A stretch of 64,000 bases of DNA from Lingula anatina (lineage: Eukaryota > Animalia > Brachiopoda), in the NCBI GenBank assembly GCA_051362555.1, contig CM120640.1, positions 55,716,788 to 55,780,787 on the forward strand, given 5' to 3'. Below are positions 21,445 through 35,700 of the stretch, piece after piece; the first letter of the stretch is position 1, and the number at the start of each line of letters is the position of its first letter. The translations under genes and the position numbers were made by a program. The notes beneath the pieces were generated by a model, which was not told the origin of the DNA, made no database searches, and saw only the letters and a program-made list of their open reading frames with translations.

Positions 21445-23587
21445 ATCATTGTGTTATCATTCTGTAAGTCCAGTATTAGTGTTATTTTTTCCTTTTATGT
21501 AATATCTACTATTACTGTTGTTCCCACAAATTTAAGGAGCTCAAAGATTTTCTCTTGTGACTAATCAATATGGCCATCATGTGACTTACATGTAGATATT
21601 GCAAGAAAGTTTCCTTGAGGGAAAGAGAATTTCTTAAACAATGCCAAGACTGTTCCCAGACCCTGTATCTGAAGAACAATTAGAGCCTACTTGTAGAAAA
21701 GGAGTATTTGGACTTTTTTAGATTGTGGAACATTGACTCCTGTATTCAGTATATTTAACAGTTTGGTACATTTATTATCCTAAGTGTTGTACATTTGAAA
21801 TTAATATCATACAAAGGCAGTTTAATAGATTACCTATTGTAGATTAATGCCAGGCAAGTTGATTTTGCAGTCAATATGTTGTCTGATAGGTGTTTGTGAA
21901 AGTTGATGAACATGTATAATATATCAAACCTGAACAGGATGTTGAAATCCAAAGACTGCAGAATGGTTTTACTTAAGGGAAGTGTTGGAACTGAAGGCAT
22001 ATATCTTAGCAAGAAAAGGAGATTTATTTGCCAATCCTCAGTAACATTTGTTAAAGTGCATAATGCAATTGGAAAAGATTGCCAGGAAAAAGTAATCACA
22101 CGTAACAAGTTAATGCATTTTACAATTGATTTAAGTAGCATTTAGACATCCTATTATTAGTAATAATTATTGTGCATAATTTTTTCTTAAATGTTTGCAG
22201 CTTTTGATAGCTTTTAAAGAACTGTTGGTGTTCACATTATTTAATTGAAACAACTCATTGTACCATATATATAGGTATATATACAGGAAAAAATTGAAAT
22301 AAGACATTTAATTTTGCCCCAATTTATGTAGATCTTCAGGGGATATATATATAACAGCTAAATTTTTTGGATAGCCTCATTTCCTGCAGAAGCTCAAGAT
22401 ATAGACATTGAAATATTGAGGTATACAACATGGTCAATATTAGCTGTTGATAGAACAAAAACACTGCTTTATTCTTAATGCATTACACAACTGATGAAAT
22501 TCTTTGAATCATTCACCCATTCAGGGTTGTGGCATTATTCAATGCAGGCAAATGCTGAATTTAGTTGCTGATCACTTAAAAAAAAAGATTAGATTAGATT
22601 AGATTCCTATGGATCAATTCCACAGCTTTGATTTCAGTCTGAATTTTACGTGGTTTAAGATCAAACCTTAAGATTAACCTAGTTTTGACCTTAATTTAGT
22701 CAAGTCCATGTTAAAACTTACATATCAAATTGGTCACAATTTTTGTATAATACTGTAATGATGTGCAAGTCTAATTTGTAGTTAATAATTTCGAATGTAG
22801 TCAAGCATATAATATTAATCATTCATACTGCTTCCTGTGTGGATTTGTGATTGTATCAGGTATATTAACTGTGACAGTATATCAATAACACACACACGTA
22901 TATATACATATATTCATGTCTGATGCATTTAAGTTTGTTGACATCTTAATAATCTGTCCAATTCAATTTTCATGTGTCATGTTTCATCTTGGAATTATAG
23001 ATTTAGTGCATTTTAATAAAATTTATATAACCAAGTTTCTTTTCCTACTTTTAATTAGTGTTAGGATTATCCTTTTTTTTTCTATAATCTATTGGTAAAG
23101 TATATCAAAATGTTGTAGTTCACAGTCTAAATGTATGACAATAAGCATCAAAGTCTGTATTTATTCAGTTAATTTTAATAGATATGCTTGCAGTCATAAA
23201 ATGTACACTGTGCAGCAGAGAACTAAGCATATTTGGGTATTTAAGAAATTCTCCCATGTGCTGGCTGAAGTAAATATATGTGCAGGTTTAAACATGTTTA
23301 TCCATTGCATGAATATCAAAAGTTCTTTTATTCCAGATTCAGTACACCTGTTCATAGCAAAATGATAGAGTAGTTCAGCAAGTTGTAGTTGGCATAGTGC
23401 CAGGTTTGGCATGTGATTAGCATCTGATCTTGAATGCAAGATTTCTATTTGCATTGTGTCATTGACAGGCAGCAGACATGTTATCAAAGTAAATTTGTAT
23501 ATCATTCATTTTTATATCCTTGTTTATTTGTGGTGCTTTTTAACCATTTTGCCATTTCCATTGGTGTATAGTGTGCTAAGTGTGGTT

Positions 23588-23593
23588 AATAAA
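23588..23593 (+). terminator. Candidate poly(A) signal of the SSUH2-like gene
   Basis: AATAAA at the end of a T-rich plus-strand tract. Confidence 0.4.
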
Positions 23594-23647
23594 TAACGAT
23601 TCAAATTCTGAAAGTAGTTCTGTGTGAAGACTGACAAAATATTTTCA

Positions 23648-23653
23648 TTTAAT
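23648..23653 (-). terminator. Candidate poly(A) signal of the LIM gene
   Basis: ATTAAA on the minus strand where the strand skew flips to A-rich. Confidence 0.35.
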
Positions 23654-26196
23654 CATTAAACAAAACACAATGGACTTAATTTACAAAGTTTGGTCTTCAC
23701 TAATTTCAAACACCTCATATACATATATTCAATTAATTTATTTTTCCTTTCGTCATTCCAAGTTTTTCATAGAACCATATTTTTTACATGAACCCAACTT
23801 ACTTATCAAATCTTTTGAAACATGTTTAGATTATCACTTACAAAACATTGTTTTAGTTAGTATATTTATTTATTATATACCCATTAAGAGACAAAATGAC
23901 TCATTGGTCAAATTTGGCAGGAAAAATATGTATAAAAATTCAGTCTCGGGGATTGTGCAGACACTGTATGCAAGTCAGCTAGGTGCATCAGAGAAGAAAT
24001 GCTAAGATTTAACATCTTTGATTTTTTTTCTTTTTTTGCGAAAGAGAGGGAGGGGGTGAATGTAGTAAAACTAACAGTGCCTGCTTCAAAAGGATTATTT
24101 GGTGGATTTAAAATATCAAGGAATATATTTTTCAGCTACAATACCTTATAATAGCCCCTATTCCACATCGACTACAGATTCCACAAACCCTTGGGAATTG
24201 ATTATATCCCAGGGCTCTTACTTTAATTGTGATAAATTCTTTAAGCTCTTAACTGATTCTTAATTATTCTCAGTCAGTTTTGTGTAATTCTAGAGATTGT
24301 GAAATTGAGTCAAAAGTTTTGAGCTCCCAAATACAAAAAATCTTGGTTTATTCATGACAAATCCGTGGTACATGCTCTTTATACTTTTCTTGAGGGAACA
24401 TACTTCAAATTTCATTTCAACCTGGTGGTTCATGGCATTCATATTTGGTGTGGAATAGGGCTATTAGTAAGCCTAGGGATTCAACTGGTGGACATAACAA
24501 TATTTGTACATAAGTGTCATTTTCATTTGATGACTTATTTCCGTAAATGTTGTCAGCACCCTTTTGATACACCATAAAACATAAAAATTAAAAAGTTTCC
24601 TATAGTATGAAAAAAGCAATTTTATTGCAAAAAATGTTAAATACATTTTCTCAGCAAACTTGCCAGGCACAAAACGACTAAAAACTATACAGAGTTGGGG
24701 GTCTTTACACTGACACATTGGCAACAGTTTAGCATGTCATGACACTGAGCCTAGTTTTCCCAGTAATGGGGGTGTCACCCAATAGCACAATATGGGTAAT
24801 ATAGAGATAAACAAGTCAAAATGTTATACAATAAACAAAGACAACATTAAAACAATCCGCTCTGGGAAGCTTCCATTTACATACTATATATGTACGGATT
24901 TAATCTTGCTAATTTTGTTAAAACCATTCTCTAACACACATTGTGCAAAAGAAGTTAACTCATATAGATGTAAATAGACTTAATTCAATCCTTAAGATGT
25001 ATTTAATTATTATGTTTTTATGATATCAGTTTTAATATCAGAATAAAAGATCACTACAGACTATCAAAGAGATAACTGGTAGTCTTCGGTCATTTTTTCA
25101 CTACAAAATCCAAGAGGTATATCCAGCTAGACGTTGGTATAAAATATTTTATCTTAAGGCACCCATGCATTTTAATTCAAAATTCCACAAAACATGACTT
25201 TTGGTAAAATATCCTATTGTGTAATTTGAAGTTATTCTACAATATCAAATAATAAGAGAACCATTTTCCTCAACTCTTTAAACAGAGTCTAAACTTTTTG
25301 TTAAGGTAAATGTCACGATATATAAAAAAGTCATTAAATATTTAAATCCTGGTATAGTAACCTGTATCTTTCACTACAAGCTGTCAGAAAGCATTATTTG
25401 CTCTATTTTACAAAGTATTGCACACATACTCTCAGTTCCTTGCTCAACAGTTCAAGACAAGGCTAGATACAAGTCATACATGATTACATAAATCTCATGC
25501 TAATATATAATGTGCTGTCCATACTACTATTTTAAAAACAGACTGACTTGTTGGCATGATAAATATAAAGAAATATCATCATTCAAAGTGAAATTTCTAC
25601 AGCTTACAATAGCTCTGGGACAACTAAAAGACAATTCCTCTTGTCTAAGAGGCAAAAAGATGTAAAAAAAAGTTTAACAAATAAATAATATACTAAAACA
25701 ATTAATTTTAACCACCATACACAGTAGCACCTCTGTCTTCTTTCTCTAAAGCATTATTTGATTAAAATGCTGCCTCAGTTTATCGGACTGATATATATAT
25801 CTATATAAATATATATGCGTATCAAGCAGCACCATTGCAAACTATACTAGTAAGCAATCTTTAATGTAAGCCATATACATAAACAGATAGTATATTCATA
25901 CTAACCTGCCCTCTGTGTATACTTCATACTGATAGCAAGTTAACACATTACTCTTAACACATATCCTTGGCTTTCCACATCAGTCTTCTGCAACAAACCC
26001 TGACATCCTCTGTAATCTACATTTGATATAAAAGTATTTGTCTTTATTTGTCTTCTTCAAAGATTCACCAGTAAAATGCATATGTGTAACAGACCCATGT
26101 GCAAAATCACGCTCATCTTCCAAGGGCTTTGAAGTAAGATTACTTTAAATAAATAAGAATAAGAGTAAAGTTTATGCCACCTTGTTGCATCCAGTT

Positions 26197-26197
<1 letters not shown>

Positions 26198-26267
<70 letters not shown>
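26198..26267. repeat. Compound microsatellite (GT)n(AG)n
   Basis: Directly visible; lies in the putative 3' UTR of the LIM gene. Confidence 0.95.
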
Positions 26268-26274
<7 letters not shown>

Positions 26275-26631
26275 GAGGAGGTGCATAAAGACACTATAAT
26301 AAACATTTTTATGTATGTTTGTATGTATATAGCATCTTGTATCAATTTTTTTTTCTTTTTAAATCATTGCATAAAATGAAATGTCATGTTTCTACTCAAA
26401 AATGGAAATAAATAGCTGCATGAGATACAAGATATATCTTGCACTATTCATCACATCTCCAGAAATTTCTCCAATTTAAGTCCACTTTTTGTATCAACAT
26501 ATTTAAAAAGTAAACGCTTAATTTTCCCTCTTGGTTGTATTCTACATTTGACATCCTACATCAACAGATGTGGCTGCATGGTTTGAAGGCACCTTAGGCC
26601 TCCCAAGAGTAGCCTGGGCTGGAGCAGGGAC

Positions 26632-26777
26632 TTATCTGCCACACTGTGGGCACAGGATGTCCATCTCCTTGGTCAGGAAGCCACGGCCAACAAGTGATGT
26701 GTTACATTGGTAGCAGTTGAAGCAAGAGCTGTGCCAATGGCGATCCTCAAACGAAATAAACTTAGTTCCACCAATAC
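26632..26777 (-). CDS. Lmpt: PET-LIM last coding exon, LIM6
   Basis: GIGGTKFISFEDRHWHSSCFNC...LCPQCGR*; cag acceptor. Confidence 0.93.
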
Positions 26778-29700
26778 CTGAAAATCATGAGAAAACGTTG
26801 CATATAACTAGAAAAATATGGGCATATTCTGATACTAGAAATATTAATTATGTTCTATCTGAAACTTAACAAATTATTGACTCTTCCTGCATGTATCACT
26901 CATTCAAATCATTACTTTTATTACTTGAATTAATCTTTATTTTTCAAACTTCAACCACTGAATGTTTGGGAAGGACTGCGAAGCAGCAGGGGCAACAAAG
27001 AGCTAAGACATGGTCAGGACAGAACAGGGTGGAGACTTATGTTACACATACCTTTACTGAAATAAAAATGAAAATGTACCAGACAATAGGGTGGGGCATA
27101 GGATGGAAATAGGATGGAAATAATGGTGTCACCTATGACAATTTAAGTACAGAAACAAATACCAAAGAAAATACTGCTAAGAAATTAATTCAAAAGCACT
27201 TTCTTAAACCAAGAAAATTATATATTGGGTGTTACCTGATTCCTTGTCAATTAAGGAAATAGAATTTCTAAGACTTAATGGAGAGAGGGAAGGGGCATGT
27301 ATGCCTCAGAGTACTGACAGTCTGACTGTGAGTTACTCTAAGTTATGATTAAACAAAGTAAAGGAGACATTTTCTAGTTTTAGGCACACCTGTTCTAAAC
27401 ATGCAGCCCTGAGACAAAGGGTGAAGGATGGTCATGAAAGAAAACCTGTGTTAAAAAACCATGAAGATACAACTCAAATGTTTGCTTGATATTTGTTTAT
27501 GAGTATTTTAAACACTTTTCTGTAACCTGCATAAATCATGCACATGAAAATATCAAAATATCAAAAATTGCATGGTACTTATAAGAAAGGGGTATGAGCC
27601 AAAGTATTTGCATAAAATATTCCAAAAAACTTTTCTGGTTATGATTTTTATACTTTTTCCCTTACTTTTTTTATCATAAAGTTAGTCTTCTTTTCTTAAG
27701 CACTATACATATATTCTTTTAAGAAGGTTTCACCTTCGATTTGAGTTTCCTTATGACATCACCACCTCTCATCATTTATTACATTTATAACTAAGTTTGA
27801 ATTTGTTTAACATATTTTTTGTAATTCATTAAATGCTCCTCAGTCACAAATCTTACTTCAAAACAAAACTGCCCCCCTCCCCTATGCCTTCAAACTTCAA
27901 AAACATTGCACTCATCTAATGCAAATCTGTTCAAACATGGCTAAGCACAAAGGTTTTCTTCATTTGTAGTCAGCTCCTTATACATATGCTGGCAATAACC
28001 TGACATGCAACAGTTAATTTTGTGACAGACGCTGGTTCAGGTTTGGGTGCCACCATTAGCATCTACTTTCATACTTCAGGGCAAATCTTGACGAGTACAT
28101 ATAACAAACCTGTTATTGGCTTAGTACATCTACAACATTTCTTAGCAAAGAGTTCGCCAAAGCAGTCGGCACAGTATGGCTTGTCATCCTTGGACGTGAA
28201 TTTCTGGCCGGCCAGCTGGGTGTCACAATTTGTGCATGTGAAACACTCACGATGCCATGGGTCCCCCTTGTAGGTTACACCACCCTTATTAATGGCCTAA
28301 ATGAATATAAAAAGACATGCAACAAATAGTCTAAACATATAGCATAAAGTAAGAACAATGCAAGGAAGTGATACTTTGATACAGTGACAAAATTCAGCTT
28401 TCAAAAGTGCAAAACATCATTCTGATGCAGCATGGGCTGGAGTCAGGCCCCTCATGCTCACATGACATCTCAGTAACGCCACCTGGGGAAGAAAACAAGT
28501 CATGCTGTCAGTTGGTGAACAAAACTAATAGGCGAACAGATAAAGACAAAAAACAAAACATGGACAGAAGAAGACTAAAAGTGAAAAGGAGAGTTGTTCA
28601 AAAATTAGTTATCAAATTGAGTGAAAGACCTAATCTATAAGAACTATATAGATTCTGAGTGTAATAGTCCTATTTTAGAAAGCCATATCTAAAAGAATAA
28701 TCTAGAAAATTTGAGAAGTTTAAATTTGCTATGAGAAGTTAAACCGTGATTGGTAAATCAAAAATTCCTAAAACGAAGCTCTCTGTTCTAATCTATAATA
28801 CCAAAAATAAACTTGTTTTTGATTAACAAGAAACCATTTATCTGCAAAACAGAAACCAAGCTAGAAGCAATTTTCATACTAGTTCTGTTATCACTTTATA
28901 ATTATTGTACTATTTTATACAGAACTGTACAGGTGAGTTGACGCTCAAGGGGGTTATGCTGGCTTTAAATGAAGTCAAATATGCATAAAAAGCCTAGGAG
29001 GCTGTTTAGAAAAAAAACCTCTGAATTGGGATCAACAAGTAGGGGATTCACAGCAAAAACCACAGGGGTAAATTTTTTTTCTAGCTTATAATTGCCTGAT
29101 ATGTCCATAATTCAAAAAACAGTTGTTATAACAGTCACAACAGGAATGCCAGATTCACCCAAATAATTAATTGACATAGGCTGTGGAAACTGAACACAAA
29201 CATGGAGGGAGTTTCCAAGATGCACAACAGTGACATCCAATCAAAAAGGATGGGCCCATCATCATCAATACCATTATCAGTGAATTCATACGAAATGATA
29301 TCCTGATGGTGTGTCATATCTGAAGCATCAAGGAGTAGCTTATCATACACAGCAATCCACACACACTACAAAAGGTCATAACATCTGAAAAAATATTGGA
29401 CATGTGCTGGAAATGAAGGTGTAGCGGCTACCACATACATTAGATTGTCTTGTGACAGGTCCAGGTGGAGGTTTAAAATTCGGAGGAGGCTTGCCCCCTG
29501 TGGTCAATGATGCAGGCTTTGTGCCAGTAATTGCCCTGGGACTTAACACCATCCTTGTAAATCACCTGTGGGAGAAATGGAGAAAGAAAGGTAATCAGGG
29601 ACAACACAAGATGGCACCACTATGCAATACCACACCACTCAAAAATTCAGCTGATATGACATAAAAAGTACTTGTGCAGTGAACAATTAATCCAGCATGA

Positions 29701-32700
29701 GTAAAATTAAGATAATAAACACTGATACTTTAAACTTTTGTGACTCACATGTATTCTGAAATCATATGATCATTAATCAATATCATTATTTCCTGAAGCA
29801 ATGTTAAAATACCAGAATGCCACTTATACTTATTTAACAACCAAAATGTGCTCTCCTGCTCCAAGTGCTTAATGTCATCACATTTAGTTCAAACCCTATT
29901 TCTAAATCTGTCATTTTCCATGCCAATGACACTTTGCATGCATAATGTTTTTCTTTTTAAAAAAATGAAAAAAACACACACACCAAATTATAATTGACAC
30001 AAAGGCCATTTTGTAATTACGGCGATGAAAAGACATTAAACTAGAAACACTTATTGTATTAAATGCACACAAAGAATCATTACAGGCAGCAGGTTGAACA
30101 GATTTATATTTCAAATTTTAGATTAAGAAAATATCCCATTTTTTGCTTTAGATGCATTAGTTGCATTTACTATGTTTTTTTGTAGGTGACAAATCATTTT
30201 AACCATACACATATTGGTTGGACTGACTGGAATAAGGCAAAACCTGAATGTAAAACTTAAGTAAAACTTAAGTAATTTTCACAGCTGATAAAATATGGCA
30301 TGGTGTGTGAATTTCACATATACTTCCATCAACTGATACTCTAACAAAATATCAATGTACAACCACTATTATACATTGATTTTTAACATATTTAACTTTT
30401 TCTACAAATTTTTCCTTTGCCTCACAGCAAATTTTTTAAAAAAAAAGTTATTGCACTAAACCACATCATTAAAATAAAAAATGAGATACTTTTCCCTAAC
30501 CTGATTACTCCAGCCTTTTTTCACACTTTTCAAATAACACTCCATTTTAATATTAAATCATTGTAAGGCTACAGCAACAAAAAGTAACACTGATATTATG
30601 TATGCAAAACAATGTTATTACTTAATTACTCTTAACTATACTTATTGTTTTTCCTTAATCAAATCCAATGAAGTAAAAATGAAACAAAACTATGAATTTA
30701 CTATCTTAATATCATGTTCTCCCTTCTCTCTCTTTCTCTCTCCTTACCCCTTGGCACTTCATGCATCTCATGGCAAACTGATCTTCATAGCACTGGGTGC
30801 AGACAACATCGTCACCACGAGGGATAAAGCTCTTGTTGCCAATGGGCTGCTTGCAGCAAAGGCAGCAGAAGCAATGCTCATGCCACTGTTTGCCCTTGTA
30901 CTCAAACTTCTTCATTCCTGGAGATTAAGAAAAAAGTACTTAGAGAATCCAAACTATAAGAATCCAATTCCAAAGTAGCTAGTAAAGACCAGTTAAATGC
31001 CATACACAATACTGAAAGTTATCTGTTGTTTCACAAGACTTTAAAATGTAAAACAAAGAAATCAAACAATATGTTACAATAAACAATTCCCTAATAATAT
31101 GGCAAATTTAAAATGTAAGATCTACACTTTATATCTGCAACAAGAAAAAATTAATAGAAAGATAACTGAAGAAATAAACTATAGCAACATGCATGATATA
31201 CAGCAAAGTATTTATCATTAGAGATTTTGAGTTTTACAATCAATCTTCTCATTTGGATCCTATGCAGAATGAAGAAGGTGCTGTGTTAGGTGGGTGTGTC
31301 TTGGTCTCAACTAGCACAGTTCAAAGGCACAACTGACTAAAATACACAACCCATCACAATGCCTTAAACAGTGCCATTGAAACTCCATTTTTCATAATAG
31401 ATAAAATAGATACGGTTTGGAGATGAAGCAATATAATTATCACCAGCTATTTAAGGTTATTATACAAAAGAGCAGGAAAGTAAAAGAGGATATATTTAAA
31501 GTAATCCCAGGGGTTTAGGAAAAAGACTGACTTATATTCCAAGGGGCCATTCAGAATAGAAGATCCGAGTATCGACTGGTCCAAGGCTCAAATATGGGGG
31601 ACCCTACAATGAAAGCAAGACCGCTTAATCCTGTAACACATGCCTCCCCATGCATCTGGTTGAATGGAGCAGAGATTTAATTACTGTGCCCCTGCAGGGA
31701 TGATGTATGGAGAGGCATGTGAGAGGTGCAGAGACCATTACAGGATTAAGCAGTCTTCCTTTCATGTAGGGTCCACCATATTTGAGCCTTGGCCCAGTTG
31801 ATACTCATATCTTCTATTCTGAATGGTCCCCAAGAGCTTCTATGGAAGTACAGATAGATTATCTCACCTGCTCTAAAGATGTCACTACAGCCATCGCAGC
31901 GGGCAGCAAAGTTGTTGTCATAGCAGTCAGCACAGTGGAGGCGCTCATCACGGGCAGCAAAGGGCTTGTCTACCAGAGAAGACTTGCAGTCACAGCAGAA
32001 GAAACACTTCTCATGCCAATGCTTGTCCTTGTAGGACAAATCCTAGAAGTAAACACAGGAAAAAATAACATATCCTTCTGATTCAAGCACAATAGACTGA
32101 AAATAAAAATCTAATTCAACTTTATTAGTCAATGTATAAAATGCAATTATCCCCAGGTTTGCAATAATAATAATTAGCATGTGTGAATCAAAGAAAAAGA
32201 GCATTTCTAAGCAAAGCAGCTCTGAAAAAATAGTGTGATGTTGATGTAACATAATTGGATGGTCCCAAAAAGGTGGACCTTTTTAGAATGAATGGAAACA
32301 TGTTTAAAAAAAAACAAACCATCAAATATGCAGTTTTTGGTATCAATTTACAATGTTAAAACAATGCAACTCCCAACTTTAAAGCTAATATTTAACATCA
32401 GTTTATTGTGTAATTAACAACCCCTCCTTCTTAAGACTATCGGTTCAAAACTGGAATCCTTTCATTAAACAACCACAGCAATTCCCTTAGCTATCATTCT
32501 AAACCGATACATGTAAACGATAACTACTGATGACACTTGCTGATGAAAATTACAGCATCAAGCAGCATCAATCAATACACTATTGCCTTCTTCATCCGTA
32601 AACATTTTACATAAGCAGATTATGCATGGCAAGTAGAATTTCAAAGCTTGCTTTCAAGCATTAGGTATTGCTACAGTGTTGGATAAGAACTAAAAAATTC

Positions 32701-35700
32701 CCATATAGTTGAGAATACAACATAAAAATAGTCTTCAAGTCCCATTATCTTATGTTATCCCACCACACACTATTAGAACAGGATCATCCATATCATTTGT
32801 CCATTAACCTCAAAATCTCTTTTGGCAGGCATCTGATTCACTTTCTTTTTTTACTTCTCGCATATCCATTAACTTTATATAAAGAATGATACTCTCTGTA
32901 TATCAGTTTAATTCTTAACTAAACAATAATCAGCATAGTTGACGATTGATGAGCAATTTCCATTATGATATTTGTTTCTTTTACCTTGGAATCAGTTCCA
33001 ATCTTCTCCTTGCATTCTTCACAGGTGTTGGCAAATTTGTCAACATAGCACTTGATGCAGTAGGGTTTCTCCTCCTTGAGAATGTACCTCTGGCCTGTCA
33101 GAGAGTTGTCGCAGGTAGCGCATGCGAAGTGACCACTATGCCAGTCTTGTTCCATGGCTTTAGTATATTCTCCTGCAAATATCAGCTGAAATAAAAAAAA
33201 GATTTTAGTAAATTTTATTTTTAAACTCAAAAAAAAAAAAAAAAAAAAAAAAAAAGAAACTAAAAAGAAACTACATTCCTTTCTCAAATCATCACTGAAA
33301 GTTGCCAAGAAAAATCATACATAAATTTAGAGTAGATTCTGACAAGAATTGAAAATTTTACCCTACGCAAGGTAAAAATATATTTCAGACATAACACATA
33401 CTTTAGCAGATTAACACTCCAAGTAGGTCACACAAAGTATGTCATTCATTTCCTTTAGCTCTACCCACATCCCACCAAACTATGGAATGATAATTTTCTC
33501 ACGTACATGACTACATAGCGGGTAGACTAGAACAGTAATAAAATAATGTGTCCCAGCACAGTTAATATCAGTAGTTATTGAGCCATAGCAATTACAATAT
33601 ATGCTGCTGACAAGTAGGCTAAAATAAAATAACAAAAAAATACCTTGGGGGTCTGTATTGTGTAAAGGTGGACCGCCTCTATAAACACATCACACTGTAT
33701 ACACTGTAGTGCACAAAATGATAAAGAGTTGAACTTTTCTTGGAACAGACATATAACGGTGCTTATTATTAAATTTATTCTAAGGCAATTCTTTTGGGTA
33801 GTTAGTAATTTGATAGGTTTCTTCAAGAATTTTTAGCAACAAGAAAAAAGCCAAATCATGGGAAATCCGAAAAAAGTTGCTCTCTGTCAACCCCATGTCA
33901 AAGGCATTAATATACAGTATCTGTTAAAATACAGACAACTGCTCATACTATAAACAAATACTTATAACAATGAAATGAAAACAGACAGATCTATAAGTAG
34001 TACACTGTTTGTAGATTGTGCACATCACATGCCATGATGTCGACATCAGCTTGGTGCACACCTGTAGGCCGAACTGGTTGTCAAGTCGTTAAATATGCCA
34101 CAGCTTTATGTTGCTGATACCTGTTTACAGCTTTTAATCACCTACCAGCACATATATATCACACACAGACAGATGATAAATATGTTAAACTAAAATATTG
34201 CTTGTGTTAATTTATGTCGGTAAAATTTAAAAACAAGCCTCAAACTGTTCCTTTTTTAAGCATCTTGGAGTTGTTTTCTTCTTTTTAACTTCAACTGATT
34301 TATTTTTTACCTGTCTAGTTTGCTTGTAATTAAGCTTTTCTAGAGGCTTTAAATGGTTTGAAAACTTTAAATTTGGACTCAACTTGGGTATAATACTTCT
34401 TGTGTATTACCCACCTTGATTTAACCTTGAAATCTGTTTTTCTTTCTTTAAGAAATATATCCTGAATTGTACAACTGCTCTGCTTTCTTTTTCCTATGTG
34501 CCACATGTATGAATCCCACTATATTTTTCCACAAGACTAATCCATTCACATGATATTTTCCTCATGATTCACTATACCCTTTGGATGTTTTTTCAAAACA
34601 ACCAGTTCTTTTGTTTAGAAAACTAAAATAGGATGTAGACATATCCTAATCCACAGCTAGTGTTTCTCACTTGCCTTGATGCCCCTTCTATGATTCACAA
34701 CTGAAATAGGATGGTGCAGTTTACCAGTGCACAGGGCTCAACATGGGTAAAACCACAACACAGTGCAACTGTAAACCAGGTAAACCACATGTTCCTAATG
34801 CTGCACACTATACCAAATGCCACAGAAAAGTATGCAAAACAGGAAATATATTTGTCCTCAATTGGACAAAAGTATAACCACAGGGTTACCATGCTCTAAA
34901 TGCTTAGATCTTTAGCTTAATATGTTGTTAACAATATATCACCTCAAAGCAATGGGAGCAAAAGCCAGACCTGCACAGAATACATGTGTAGAGTTGGAAA
35001 CTCTGTTACTGGTATAAGACATGACAGTTGGACTCATTTTTTACTCTAAAAGTTCTTTAAGAATAATGATCATCATTCATGTCCTGACATTTTAAAATAG
35101 TAAATTGCTTCTTTCCCTTGGAAAGTTTATCAATATTCTATATTCACTGTTGTTATATACATTAGTTCCATAAATACACCCCTGCTAATGATAATGTACA
35201 AATATATTCTGTTCTTTTCATTCAAATATATTCTTCAGGGGTAACACTAGCAACCATGTATAGGTGTTTATTTTGACAATGTCAAGTTACGGTTTTATAC
35301 TCTTTCATAGGCAAACATTTTTGCATTTGATCAATTTGATGTAACTGATCATACTACCCACTTGTTATTCTTATCATGCCACACACCTTTTACCTCCTGT
35401 TCCGGCCCCAGCAGGCTCTTGTATAGTCTGACAGAAAGCTCAGTATCCTTATGCATAAGCATTATTTGTTAAGACATGAAGAGTAATGAATGTCATTTAT
35501 GTTGCCTGGTATTCAATGAAAAGATGCTACTTGATGCCTAATGGATCTGATTTAATTATCAAAGATGGCTTAGTGTTCTCATTAAATTCAAATAACCATC
35601 TCTAGATCTCTTGACTTACAATGAGAACGTTGAATAAGATGGGGAGGATTTGCACAAACCACAGCAGTGTTTGATGAAAACACAATTATCCAGGCATGGT

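Noticed and set aside
26542-26631. 29 open codons after the LIM stop (possible readthrough)
   Set aside because: TAA-G is a poor readthrough context, and this length can arise by chance.
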